Assembly (NCBI RefSeq): GCF_038025025.1
Contig: NW_027117341.1
Location: 62,001-126,000, forward strand
From: Phyllosticta citribraziliensis
Lineage: Eukaryota
DNA length: 64,000 nt
Direction of reading: 5' to 3'
How positions within the stretch are numbered: the stretch's first letter is position 1; each line of letters starts with the position of its first letter. Positions 37,288 to 49,257 of the stretch are shown in pieces. The notes beneath the pieces were generated by a model. That model saw nothing but the letters and a program-made list of their open reading frames with translations, had not been told where the DNA came from and made no database searches. A program made the translations under genes and the position numbers.

Positions 37288-37338
37288 GTGGCTGTGGTGG
37301 CTGTGGTGGCTGTGGTGGCTGTGGTGGCTGTGGTGGCT
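37288..37338. repeat. Perfect 9-bp tandem repeat (GTGGCTGTG)x5+
   Basis: Read directly in the permease upstream region. Confidence 0.9.
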
Positions 37339-37633
37339 CGGCCCCGGCCCGCGCCTGCTAGCCGCCCTCGTCCACCGCCTCGCTCAACCTCACCTCCTGT
37401 TGACCAGACATCCATCGTGAAGACTCGCAATGCAGGAATTTCTTCATCAAGACCCATCTACTTCCATCGAATTAATATTTCCGACTTGAAGCGTTTGCTG
37501 GACGCGAAACGGGCAAACCTGTCGAATCTTGGAGAATATGCTGGCAAACGGCACGATTCGCAATATTGCTACGAAAACGGACCTCTCTGTCCGGCAGCGC
37601 CCAAGAAAACATGTCAGAGACACAGTTGAAACG

Positions 37634-37664
37634 TTTTTTTTTTTTTTTTTTTGTTTTTTTTTTT
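37634..37664. repeat. Poly(dT) tract, probable nucleosome-excluding element in the divergent permease/M43 intergenic region
   Basis: ~30 T with one G interruption. Confidence 0.85.
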
Positions 37665-38469
37665 GCGTTGGTACCAGTAGAGGCCCACATTGCGGGCCGT
37701 CGCCTCGCCGCAGAACGTTGCGGCACTTCTGCTGTCTGTTGCTGCGCAAGCGAAGCACATGCATAATGCACTCGTTGCTGCTTTGCTTTCCAGTAGTTGA
37801 CGCTTTGTAGGACCAAGCTGTGGAAACGAATGCTCCCATGGAAACGTCAAACACGTCCATCATGCCTATATTCGCGTCCCGGCGGCCCTGAAAGGGAACC
37901 TCGTGCCATCTTCTCTCACCGGATTCCATGCACGCCTCCTCTACCTATGTGACTGAATCTCAGATATTCTGCCCTGTGTTTGTATTGTGGATGTCTAGCG
38001 AATGCAGTCATGGATGGCACACAGCGAGCGGTCCGAGTTATCGGTTAGGTTGTGGGATTTTGTTGCCTACCCGACTTTTTCTACCTTTTCTACCTCCTTC
38101 TCCATCCCTCCTCCTCTTCCTCTTCCATCTCTCCATACCTTCAACTCTTCAACTACTCACACGTCCTCTGCCATCTCCAACTCACATCTTGCAGCGAGTC
38201 TTTCCCCTCCTGCCTGACCCCGGCTGCTTCACGCACCAGCAGCCCTCAAACAGCGTTCGAGGGTTCGAGGCCTGTTCTGGTCACAGACTCACCTACACGA
38301 GGAACATCCTTGTGCTGTCTTGCGTCACTCTCCATACATCGAAGAAGCGGTTGCGGAACCACACCCTCCAGAAGCAGTCGGCAACTCACTTTGAGCAGCC
38401 TCTTCAGATCACAGAGAGCAGTCGGCCTTGCGAACACCGCGACAAGAAGGAACTCTCAAGCATTTAGCG

Positions 38470-39785
38470 ATGCTTTTCCTTCTACTTGCGTTGGCCGTCT
38501 TAGTCATGGCGTCGCCGGCTTGCCCTCGCCGAAAGCTGGCGTGCGGAGCCACGTCCACTTCAAAGGAAGCTCTCGACTCAATTCACTACGTCATGGAATT
38601 GGAAAAGATTGTCAACAAATCTTCGTCTCAAGGAACCGTTGATGCCACGAACCCGTTCCCGCTATGGAATATCTTCGATCCCCGGCCGCAGATTCCTGTC
38701 TTCATCCACGTGCTTGATGATTACGAAGATCTCTTCATCAGCGTAAGCAAACCCCATACGCCATGATCTTGCCACCGGAGACGTGCTAAACTTGTCCAGC
38801 AAAACATGATCCTTGACCAGTTTCAAATCTTGAAGACTTTCTACCAGCCTTTCGGAATCGACTTTCATCTCCAGGATGTTTTCTTCTACGACCAACCTGA
38901 ATGGGCATCCGGACAAGACAATTGGGAAATGAAAGCTCAACTGAGACTCGGGGGTTATGATACCTTGAACATTTACCTCGTCGAAGGGATCATCTCTAAT
39001 GACGGCCAACTGCTTGGAGGGTTTGTGTCATTGACGGGTTCTGATAGACGGCGAACGGCTGACTTTCCCCAGGTTTGCTTCAAATCCGAGCTACCTAAAC
39101 CTTTTCCGCGACCATCCTTGGTGGTATGACGAAGCGTTCCTGCCCGATGGAGTTGAGCTGGCCGTGGATGCGCTTCCATACAACGTGTTCGGCTCAAACC
39201 CCCTTTGTCAGGAGGGCAAAGTCCTGGTCCATGAGGTCGGACATTGGCTTGGTAATTTCTTCCACTATTTCGTCGCTGTGCTCATCCATGTTAACCAAAT
39301 TCGCAGGTCTGCTCCACATTTTTCACAAGGGCGTCAGTCAATTCCCCACGAGCTTCCCTTGTACCATCTGCTGACTGCTCCTCGAAACAGTGCGATCCCG
39401 ATCTCGAATCTGGCGGAGATTACGTTTTCGACACACCACCAGCAGCGGACGCGATGCGCCAATGCTTTGCTCCCGGCACTGCCATTCGCACATGCCAGGG
39501 CCCCATCTTCCCGGACAACCTGATCACCAACATCATGGACGACATGCCTGATTCGTGCCGCACTGACTTCACCGATGGTCAAGTTAACCGCATGTTGTGA
39601 GTCTGCTCTCGTATGCTGCTCCTTGAATCAAGCTGACTGCGAAAAGCATGACCTTCCACGCGATGCGCGAGGGCATGCCCCCAGCGAACGCCGACCTGCC
39701 ACCAATTCGGGACGAGACAGAGGTGCAGACGGTGGCTCCGAATCTTCCACGGATACCTCCGCCGGAGGTTAGTCCGTTTAGATGA
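38470..39785 (+). CDS. Secreted M43 (ulilysin/pappalysin-type) metalloprotease, copy 1
   Basis: Exons 38470-38742, 38800-39020, 39073-39251, 39307-39332, 39391-39596, 39647-39785. Signal peptide, propeptide CG, LRLGGYDTLNIY, HEVGHWLGLLHIF, GDYVFDTPP, Met-turn NIMDD. Confidence 0.88.
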
Positions 39786-40158
39786 GTCTAGGTTGGTTTA
39801 TGGATCTTGAAGGAATTGGGCTTGACGGCGGAGTAAAGGATCGGGATCGGACAGGATTGGATGTGTCCCGGTGGATGGCTGCCCTCCTCATCGACAGAGA
39901 AGAAAAATTTGATTGATTTCCACCAGCACCGTGGTCGGTGGCAGGTTGTCAGCGGCGGGCGCACAGACAACATGAAGGAAGGCGTTGTTGTCGGAGCTGC
40001 CAAACTTGCCCCCAAGTCGCGTGGCCAAGCGCTTGCACCTTCTGCCTCTTCCTCCCACTCAACCTCGATTCACCACCTTCAATATTCTTCAAACGCTCAC
40101 ACAGTCTCTCGCCATACTCTTCAACCTCTACTCTCTCTTCCCTTCGGAATTCTACAAC

Positions 40159-41432
40159 ATGCTGTCATTTCCACTCATCCTCGCCTTGCTCTCTCCGGTT
40201 TTCTGTGCGATGATCTGGTGCGGCGCGACGGAGATGACTGAAGCGGCTCTGGACACGACATACCGCGTCGCGATGCTGCAGGAGGCCATGAACGCGACCA
40301 AGTCTCCAGGCGTAGGCGTCGAGCAAGCCGTGTCCTCCGCCGCCCTCAACGAGCGCCTCGACTGCTTGGTCTTCTTCCACATGCTTGACGATTATTCAGA
40401 GGAGGGAATTTACGTGAGGGACCAGTGGCTTCTTCCAACTGCATCTGCTGATGAACGTAGCAATCGACGATCCTGGACCAGTTCAACATTCTCAAGACTG
40501 CCTACGCGCCAGTTGGCTTTGACTTCCACCTCGGCGGCATCTACTACTACGACCAGCCAGATTGGGCGGACGGTAATGATTATGCGGACATGACGAAGAA
40601 ACTGCGTCTCGGTGGTTACGACGTCTTGAACATCTACATCAAGCGGGTTGTGGACTCTCGCGCGACTGGCAAGATCGCAGGGTAGGTGCTAGCTATTCAT
40701 CCAGGTCTTGCTTTGCAAAACAGCTCACCTTTCATAGCTACTCGAAGTATCCGAACGGCCGCCGGGGCGCGTGGGACGACCTCATGTTCTACGAGGACGG
40801 TGTCTTGATTGCTACCTTTGCCCTGCCAACCAAAGACTACCCTGGAGACATCGGCGAGCCAAATTACAACTGGGGCATTGTGGCCGTACATGAAGTCGGC
40901 CACTGGCTCGGATTGTGGCACATCTTCGAGGACGGGGTAACTCATTCACCATCTCCCTTCCCAAATCCCGGCTCCCCCTAACAATCTTTGTGAATGCAGT
41001 GCGATCCGGACTTGAAATGGGGCGGCGACAGAATCGCGGACACTCCGCCACAAGAATATTACCACGGAGAGTGTCATCCCGAAGGCTCCAAAATCGACAC
41101 CTGCCCTGGCTACGGCTTTGAGCCTAGCCTTCTCGATAATATCATGGGTAACTACTTGTCCCACCACCCTTTCAATGTCTCGCTCTGTTTCTAATCATCG
41201 ATGTCTCCAGACTATATGCCGGATGAATGCAGGAATTCCTTTACACCTCTCCAGATGCAGAGGATGTGGTACGTTTCCTTCCAGATTTCGACAAACGATA
41301 TCTCATTGCAGGCACAGGTGGATTTTCAGGTCGGTTCGCAAAGGCGTAGCTCCAGAGGGCATGCCGCCGGACGCTTTTACGCCCAGGGTTCCAACGGTGG
41401 CGCCGAATCTTCCCGTCTCTCCTGATTTCTGA
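40159..41432 (+). CDS. Secreted M43 metalloprotease, copy 2
   Basis: Exons 40159-40413, 40461-40681, 40738-40936, 41000-41147, 41211-41268, 41312-41432. HEVGHWLGLWHIF, GDRIADTPPQ, NIMDY. Confidence 0.88.
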
Positions 41433-41925
41433 TCTACGAGTAAGAGCTGCTTTTCGGCATTGGGGTGTACAATACATTTGCCTGGTAGAATGGCTGGCTT
41501 GCCTCACACTTGGCCAGATGGACTTGGATACATGTAGGTATAAAAGATTTCTTTTTGGTTCAACTTGTTCAGATCATGAGAAAGAGGCGCAAGCGTTCGT
41601 ACGGCAGCAGCACTCACTCGCGCCTCCCTCCAGTGGCCTCGCTTATTCCCACGTGAGCGCACGTGCGTCGGGTGGTATATGATCTGGTAGTATATCTACG
41701 CCCGCTCTTCGACGTCTACATCTCTTCCTCTCCATCCTCCTACAACCTCACGACCTCTTCCACGTCGACGATTCCTCCACGCCATCTTCGCACAACCGCA
41801 CGACCGCTTCCACCTCGACGTCGGCTGCACTCTGTCGACTCCCACCTTCACTACATCGACCTCTCCCACTCACTCCCCCCCTGCACTCCTCCAGCTTCGA
41901 CCAACTTCGATCCACAGTCTTCACA

Positions 41926-43231
41926 ATGCAGTCTCTCATGATCTTCATCGCCGCCTTCTTGGCGTGGGCACCTCTCACTATGCAAACCAGGTTTTGTGGA
42001 ACGACCTATCCGTCAAAGGAGGCCCTTGACGCGATCTACGTCTCTGCCTTACTTGAAGAAGCCATTCAGCCTGCAGATGGCGTTTCTGATGGTCCTGATG
42101 AGGCTCTCTGGACGGATCGGCCCGCAGTATCCGTATATTTCCACGTCGTGGACGACTTTTCCGAGTTTCAGATCACAGTGAGCGGCCTTGATATCCTCCT
42201 CCCCGCCACGCCCATCTTCTACAGCTGGACTATATGCAAGTTCTAACGATTGACAGGACTCTCATTTCTGGGATCAGTTTTTAATTCTCCGGGATTTCTA
42301 TACCACGGTTGGCATCGACCTGGAATTGAAACAAATCTTGTTCTACAACTATCGGGACTGGTCCACAGGCCGCCTTGATCAGACGAGGATGATAAAACAT
42401 CTGCGAATTGGCGCTTTCTATACTCTCAACGTCTTCTTCGTCGAGAACATATGGGATGGCGGCGACGATGACACACTTGGGTATGATCATGTCAAGTTCC
42501 ATCTGACTCACAAGCTGACTGGTGACAGCTTGACCCCGCTCCCGCAACCCGACGCTCAATGGGGATCAGATGCTCTTCTAGGCGATGGCGTCATGCTGTC
42601 AATAGAAACGCTCCCCGGTGACTCTCGTGCTTCTGATGAGGCATACAACATGGGGAGGTCACTCTTGCACGAAGTAGGGCATTGGTTCGGTATGTTTCTC
42701 TTCCGAGACCCAGCGAAACGCGATGGACTGACTAGATTCTAGGGCTGATGCACATTTTCCACGACGGGGTAAGTTCTGCCGTGCTCAAAATCTTCAGCGC
42801 CGCTTCTAACCAGCTTGCAGTGCGATCCTGACTTCGAGTTCGGAGGCGACAAGGTCCTGGACACCCCGCCCCAGCCAAGCTCTTCCGAAGACTGTTTCGA
42901 CGAGGGTACCACGAGGCAAACCTGTCCGGACGGCTTCCCCCGGAGCATGACTGGCAACCTCATGGATTATCAGGACGACATTTGCACGTACGGGTTCACT
43001 CCTGGCCAGATCAAGCGCATGCAGTAAGTCAACCTCGTCCGGGAATCTGAAGCTGGCTGACGATTTGTCAGTTCGACATGGATTTTGCATCGGGTGGGCA
43101 GGCCCTTTGGTACTGAGAATATGCCTGCGGACCCGTTTGCTCCCAAGGGCAACCCTGCCCGGATCTTGCCTCCGGTCTTCCCTGAGCTTCCCTTTCCTCC
43201 GCAGAGGCGTCACGCCAACATCACGACCTAG
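41926..43231 (+). CDS. Secreted M43 metalloprotease, copy 3
   Basis: 6 exons. Signal peptide, RFCGT, HEVGHWFGLMHIF (split by an intron), GDKVLDTPPQ, NLMDY, FTPGQIKRM; stop TAG at 43229-43231. Confidence 0.88.
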
Positions 43232-43944
43232 CAGGCAAAGGTGATGGAGCCTCTCTGGGTATTGAAGGCGTTCATTGGGTTGGAGAAAGTGATGAGGGGG
43301 CGAGACTGCTCGTCACACTGGTCGAGCTCAGTCTCCTTCGTCCGGACTCCATGTCCGACAACAACAAGTTTCTGAGCAGCTTTGGCCGTGGAAAGGGTCC
43401 TTATTGAGAGTTCGGGCACTGGATTTCGGGTTTGGATCAAGAATGGAGATTCGATAGATAGCACAAAAATGTGTATAGAGGTTGCTCGAGGCCAGCCTTT
43501 TTTCTTCTGCTTGACTTGGACATTTTTTACTGTATCGCCAGGTTGTGAGTTAACACTGCAAAGTGTTAACATTGCCGTTAAGCGAATTATGCCGCTGGGC
43601 GGCTGGCGGAGGCGCTGGTAGATGAATAATGAATGCTCTGCTGTTCAACAAAGCACCAGCCGCAACTTCTTTCAAAGAAGCCACAGCGTAAACAACCTCG
43701 CCCTCTCCCCCAAGCCAGTGAGTGGCAACCTGCCCACCAACAGCTCTGACCTGCGCAATCTGCGCATCACAAGTCGTGAAAGCTAACCAAAGACTCGACT
43801 CAAGGCCGCCTGATCTTCGCTGGTCACAAAGAAGCAGTCGCAACATCTCCTCCAGACTCCCCCTCCGAAACTTTGCAGATAAGTGTCAGTAATCATCCCA
43901 ATACGGTTTCTTGCTTCCCTGACGCTTCCCAGCCAGCCATCACG

Positions 43945-44395
43945 ATGGCCAGCGCAAACGACATGGCACACATGCACGCGCAGATGCGCGCGTTCGTCGC
44001 CATCATCGACAGCGCCAAAGCCGCGTCCTCCTCCTCCCCGCCCAAACTCGCCCTCAGCCACCTCACCTCCATGCAACTCGCCGACCTGCAGGCTCTCCCC
44101 GCCGGCGCCCAGCTGCAGGCGTTCATGAACGCGGAGCAGGACTACGGGGAGGCGAAGCGAGGAATCGAGCGCCTGCTGCAGAAGCCGCTGGAGCCGCAGA
44201 CGACGTCCCTCTCTTCAAATATACGGAGCTTTGTCTCTGGCATGCGCTGCCCCCAAGGGTGTGCATCTGTCAAGCCTCATGGTTTGTCTGATCCGCGTGA
44301 TCATTTGGCTGCGCGTCGAGGATCTGTACTTGTACCTCTGCTTCCGCGTGGAAGGGGGCGTGAAGTCTTTCTATCGCCACATGGGTATTGAGTGA
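43945..44395 (+). pseudogene. Small hypothetical gene, possibly frameshifted or decaying
   Basis: Coding-like 5' part (MASANDMAHMHAQMRAFVAIID). Downstream the coding-like signal appears to shift frame twice (AADDVPLFKYTELCLWH; VEDLYLYLCFRVEGGVKSFYRHMGIE). Confidence 0.3.
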
Positions 44396-45044
44396 TTGGA
44401 CATGCTGGCTCGCCCCATCAGCCAGCAGCACAGGGGCATGAAGCAGAGACTGTTCAATCGACACCTTCCCAAGCCATGAATACCTCCTGATTCAAGTCTC
44501 TGCTTCGCACAAACCTAATGCTCCACAACCGCACAGTCAAGTAAAAGGATAAACGCGTCCAGGCTTCATCTAACCCCCGCAAATGACCACTCGCAGTGAT
44601 GCTCCTCTGCCACATCCTAAGTCGAAAACCTTGCCCTTCATGCTGGAGTGACTGCTACTGCTCAAGCGCAAGAAACTGGCCATCGATTATTCTGAATTCG
44701 ACTGACACGACTGGCATGGCGCTCCGCGATACTAGCTAGATACCTTGCCGATCGATCATCTTGACCCCTTTTAGTCAAGTGCGTCAGCGGCCTCGCCGAC
44801 ACCAATCTGGCTGGAAAAGCTGATTGCGGAAGGCGGACAGAAAGATGGCGAAGCTTTGTCTTATTGATCGATCACCTACATACTAGATAAGAGGACATGC
44901 AGTCCCCCGAGTGAACGGGGGAGTATCCGACAAGTGTCTGATGCGTACTCAACTATAAATTACGGTGCGTATGCGGTACACAATCTCAACAGCCCCTGAC
45001 AAAAGGAATAGCACACCAACCACAAAAACAAAGCACCCTCACCC

Positions 45045-46673
45045 TCACAACTCGCGGTAGCGGTAGCAATTGCGTTCGCCATCGCCCCTCTCCAGCCCCC
45101 ACCCGTAGTCCAACAAGTCCTCGACGTCGCTCGCCGCGTCGCCGTACATGTACGGATCGGATTCGCTCGGCCGGCGCTGTTGCTGGCGGCGCGCGTTGGC
45201 GTTTGCGTTTGCGTTTGCGGCTGCGATGGCGATGCCAGCGTTGTAGCTGTCGTCGTGGTCAACGGCATTGGCATTGCCGTTGCCACCCGCATTGCCGTCC
45301 CTGGAGACGACCTCGTACCGAGAACCAGAACCAGGCGAAGACGTCGACGGCGTGCAAACCTCCTCCCACTCGCCCTCCTCTTCCTCGTCTCTCTCCACCT
45401 CCTTCCCCCGCCCCTCTACATCCCTACCCCCCTTCTCCTTCTCTCTCTCATCCATCTCCCTCTCTCTACCCCGCTGCTCCACCACCTCCTCCTCCTCCTC
45501 CTCCTCCCTCAACGCGCCCGCTCTAGCCCTCAACCACGCCAGCGCATCGCGGTTCCGCAGCCACTTCTCGCGCTCGCCGCGGCGGGCGTGCACGCGCGCC
45601 GCCTCCTCGCGCGTCGCGATTTCGTGCGTTATGGAGGGGAGGTGCGTTGGAGCTTTGTAGTGGGAGGGGAAGGGGTGCGGTTGGCGGTGCAGGACCGGCG
45701 TTGTGGCTGTGGCTGTGGCTGGCGAAGGAGATGCGGGGCGAGGAGGGGCGAGACGCTGCGGCGACGTCTGCGTGCCGGATGTCGTGGGGCGCGGTCTTTG
45801 TGTTTGTGTTTGCGTTGAGGTGGTGGTCGTGGTGGCGTCGACGCGCTGCTGCGGCCGCCGCGCTCGAAGCTCACGATCGGGACATGCGTCGATGGCTGGC
45901 GCAGTACGTGCGGTGCGCGCAGTATTGCCGCCGCCGTCGCCGTCTCTCCGTGGACGCTCGGTCTGCCCTAAGACGGCCTGCATCCGTCGCTGCTGTTGCG
46001 CCGCCAGCACGGCGGGCGCGACCCACACGTTGCTGCCGCGCCCCCTGATTCCCGTGCCTACCCCTACATTCCCCCTGTCCGCAGCCGCCCCCGCACCCGT
46101 GCCCCTGATGTTGAGCTCGGCGTCTGCGGATCGCTGCGAGCCGCTCTGCTGCTGCTGCTGCGACGGCAGATACTCACGGTCGCGCTGCTGCTGCTGCGCC
46201 CGCATCGCCGACGGGCCCCTAGGCGCAGACGCGCGGCCGGTGTTCCAATACCCGTAATCACGCATGCCGTTCGGCTCGCGCGGCGGCTGATTAGGACCGC
46301 TACGCGGAGCGGCAGCGAGGGCGTCGGCGTGCGGAAAGTGACGGCGGTGGTGCTGCTGGTGCTGCTGCAGCGCCGACGGCGTGGAGGAGTGCGTTCGATG
46401 GTGGTGGTGGGGCGCTGGAGTCATTGTTGTAGAATCGGAAGGTGAATTCGGGGATAGGTGAGGAGTGGAGTCGTCCGGGCGGGGCAGGATGCGGCGCTGG
46501 AATGCGGTGCCGACTGGTATGCCGTTGTTGATTTTGAAGTTGACGTCGTAGGTGCCGGTGTTGAAGGAAGGAGGAAGCCTGGTTGGCGTCGAGTGCGAGC
46601 GCGAGGGGCCGTTGGCGTTGGCGTTGGAGGTGGAGGTGGAGGGAGAGACATTCATTTCGGCTGAAGGGGACAT
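45045..46673 (-). CDS. Hypothetical low-complexity, intrinsically disordered protein (poly-Q/H/T/E tracts)
   Basis: 542-aa open frame with ATG; trinucleotide repeats stay in frame. Confidence 0.65.
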   Translation of the reverse strand: MSPSAEMNVSPSTSTSNANANGPSRSHSTPTRLPPSFNTGTYDVNFKINNGIPVGTAFQRRILPRPDDSTPHLSPNSPSDSTTMTPAPHHHHRTHSSTPSALQQHQQHHRRHFPHADALAAAPRSGPNQPPREPNGMRDYGYWNTGRASAPRGPSAMRAQQQQRDREYLPSQQQQQSGSQRSADAELNIRGTGAGAAADRGNVGVGTGIRGRGSNVWVAPAVLAAQQQRRMQAVLGQTERPRRDGDGGGNTARTARTAPAIDACPDRELRARRPQQRVDATTTTTSTQTQTQRPRPTTSGTQTSPQRLAPPRPASPSPATATATTPVLHRQPHPFPSHYKAPTHLPSITHEIATREEAARVHARRGEREKWLRNRDALAWLRARAGALREEEEEEEVVEQRGREREMDEREKEKGGRDVEGRGKEVERDEEEEGEWEEVCTPSTSSPGSGSRYEVVSRDGNAGGNGNANAVDHDDSYNAGIAIAAANANANANARRQQQRRPSESDPYMYGDAASDVEDLLDYGWGLERGDGERNCYRYREL

Positions 46674-47021
46674 GTGTCTTTTGTGGATTTTTTCTTTTTT
46701 GTTTTCCCCCGTCTTTTGTCGTTTGTGCGTGCGTGCGTGCGTGCGGTAAAAGCAGGTGGTGGGTGGGTGTTGGAGACAAAGAAAGTGCGCCGGATGCGAT
46801 GGGGGGTGATGAAAGAAACGACTTGGTAATGATGGGACGACGCCTCTTTATTCGATTTCACGGCCAATTCCTTGGAAAATTGAGTGCAGGCGACAAGGGA
46901 AGGGAGTCGACGGTAGGATCGTGAGCGTAAAACGTAAGACTGAGATGAAGAGGGAGACTTGAGAGGTCTGTCTGGCGCAACGAACGAATTATGTATGACG
47001 GCGCGCGACCGAGCAGCACAG

Positions 47022-49257
47022 TCAGGACGAACCAACCACCTCATCCAGAACCTCCAGCCCTTTCAACAAGCCCACAAAGCCTTTTCCCCCTGTTTCTCCT
47101 CCAACCTTGGTAAGCGGCGCCTCTACCGCAATGCCCTTCCACACGAAACTCTGCCCGAGGATCCCAATCGTGGTCAGGAATTCGTGGCTCACCCACTCCT
47201 CGGTACCAGTGCCGCTCTGGCCGTCACCCTCGCCCTCGCGGACGTGCAGAAACGTCTGATTGCCCTGTCCCACGAGTTTCGCCTCCGTCCACGTGTCGAC
47301 GGGGAAACTGTAGTTTAGCGCGAATAAATTGCCGCCGGAGAGCAGCGTGACGTTTGCGTCAGCGCCGGCCAGCAGGACGGAGTCGGGGCCGGTGAATAGG
47401 GGAGGCAGTGCCGTCGCGCTGTCAGTGTCGCTGGGCTTGACGGTGAAGCTCAGCGTGTAGTTGCGCCCCTTGCTCCCGAGCGGTGTGTGGAGGGCACACG
47501 TGCCGTCAAGCACGATGGCAGCAGCTGCTCCGTCGATGGCGCAGTCGGTGTGGCCGTCGTAGCCGTTGCCCGAGAGATCCGGCACCTTTCCGTCCTTTGC
47601 CTTGCCAAAGTCGTATTTGATGATTGTGGACGAGCACGACTCGATGCTGCGGTCCAGGTTCTGGCCGGGGATTGCGGCATGCAGCGTCTCGAAAATGGAC
47701 AGGTATTCGTCCTGCGAGAGGTCGCCGCCCCACTGCTTGTCGGCAAGCGCGGGAAGCAGGTCGCGCCACGCGTAGTACGCCTCAGTCACGGTGGTTGCGT
47801 TGGGGCCGTAGTCGTTCCACTGCGCGGCGAGGTGGCCAAGGACGAGCGGCTCACCGCGGGGCGGGTTGTTGGTCGCGTTGTTGATGTCGAAGATGTTAGG
47901 GGCATAGGGGCCGCCGCCAGGGACGGACGGGTCGCCGTGGAAAATACGCGTCGCATTCGGGGTTTGCGGGTAGCTGGCGCTGTATTTGCCGACGATGTAA
48001 AAGGCATCGTCCGAGTTGAGGACGGTGTAGTTGTTGAGGATGTAGTCGAAGAGCGGATTGTCTTCAAAAAACTCCCAGTGCTGGATCGACACGTCGGTGG
48101 AAATGTTGGTGTAGTTGTCTTTGGGCGGGAACGTGCCCCATATCCGCATCTTCTTTGTGAAGCCCGACTCGGCCTGTATGAAGCTGTCCATCTCCCGCAC
48201 AAAAGAATTGTAGTCATCCGCCAGCTTGGAGTCATACTCGTCAGCCCCGATGTGCACCGTCTTTGAGTAGAACCACGGCAGAAACGTCCTCCATATCGTT
48301 TTGACCGTCGGGATGGTGTCTGGGTTGCTGATATTCAGCATGGTGTAGTCGGTGCTGAGCGCCAGTTCGGGTTTCCATTGCGTAATGACGAGCGAGTGAC
48401 CAGGCGTTTCGATTTCCGGGAGGATAGTCACGCCCCGCTGGGCGCATTTCTCTTGCATGTTGTCAAAAACACTGCGCGTGTACGACTCGTTCTTCCAGCG
48501 GTTCAGACCAGCGACGGCCTCGTCATCTGAATCGAGACGAAAGGCCGCATACAAGCCCAGCTCATATTCGGAATTGTTCAGGTACGCGCTAAGCAGATTG
48601 TCACTCAGGTGGAGTTGAAACGTGTTTTGCTTGAAGAAGCTGAGATAGGAGCAAATCTCGATGACGAACTCTGGCGGATAGTAATGGCGTCCACCATCCA
48701 GCATGACGCCTCGAGTCGCCCACCCGGGAGCATCCGTGGCGGATCCGGTTTTGATGGTTCCATCTCCTAGTACGGCCGCTTGGATCAGGCTTCGGGTGCC
48801 CCACCACGCACCGAGTGGGCTTGCGCCGGCGATGGTGATGCCGCTGGAAGTAACGGAAAGCGAGTAACCTTCGGCAGTGTGGCGTCCAGCGGCATCAAGA
48901 TATGCCGTGGAGTCGTCAAGAGTGAGAAAAATGGAGCCAGCGGCCGATGAAGTCCCTTCAATGACAGAGACGGTCGATTGGTCGAGGGAACTTTGGAGGT
49001 CACTTGCAAAAGTCTCGGCGAACTGCAAAAGCGTCGGAGGAATCAGCGTTTGTCCAGTCGTGTCCGTCGTGTTTGAGTGACGGCTGTCGACAATGATGCT
49101 CGTGATGGTTGTGAGGGAAATTGTTCCATCTGTGGCCTCGAAAGGGGTGGATGGTACGGTCAAGAGCCGCGCAGAGGCTACTCTTGTTAGCGAGAACGAA
49201 CATCCGGGTTGAATTCTTACCAATGCCAATGAATTGCAAAAATGATGTACGCCGCAT
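47022..49257 (-). CDS. GH20 beta-N-acetylhexosaminidase with C-terminal LamG/ConA-like domain
   Basis: DAPGWATRGVMLDGGRHYY, LHLSDN, ILPEIETPGHS, catalytic VHIGADEY, WNDYG. Probable ATG at 49257 with a short intron from ~49220. Confidence 0.93.

Noticed and set aside
44903..44922. Hairpin TCCCCCG-AGTGAA-CGGGGGA as a terminator
   Set aside because: A 7-bp stem is expected by chance in 64 kb, and intrinsic terminators do not apply to fungal Pol II genes.
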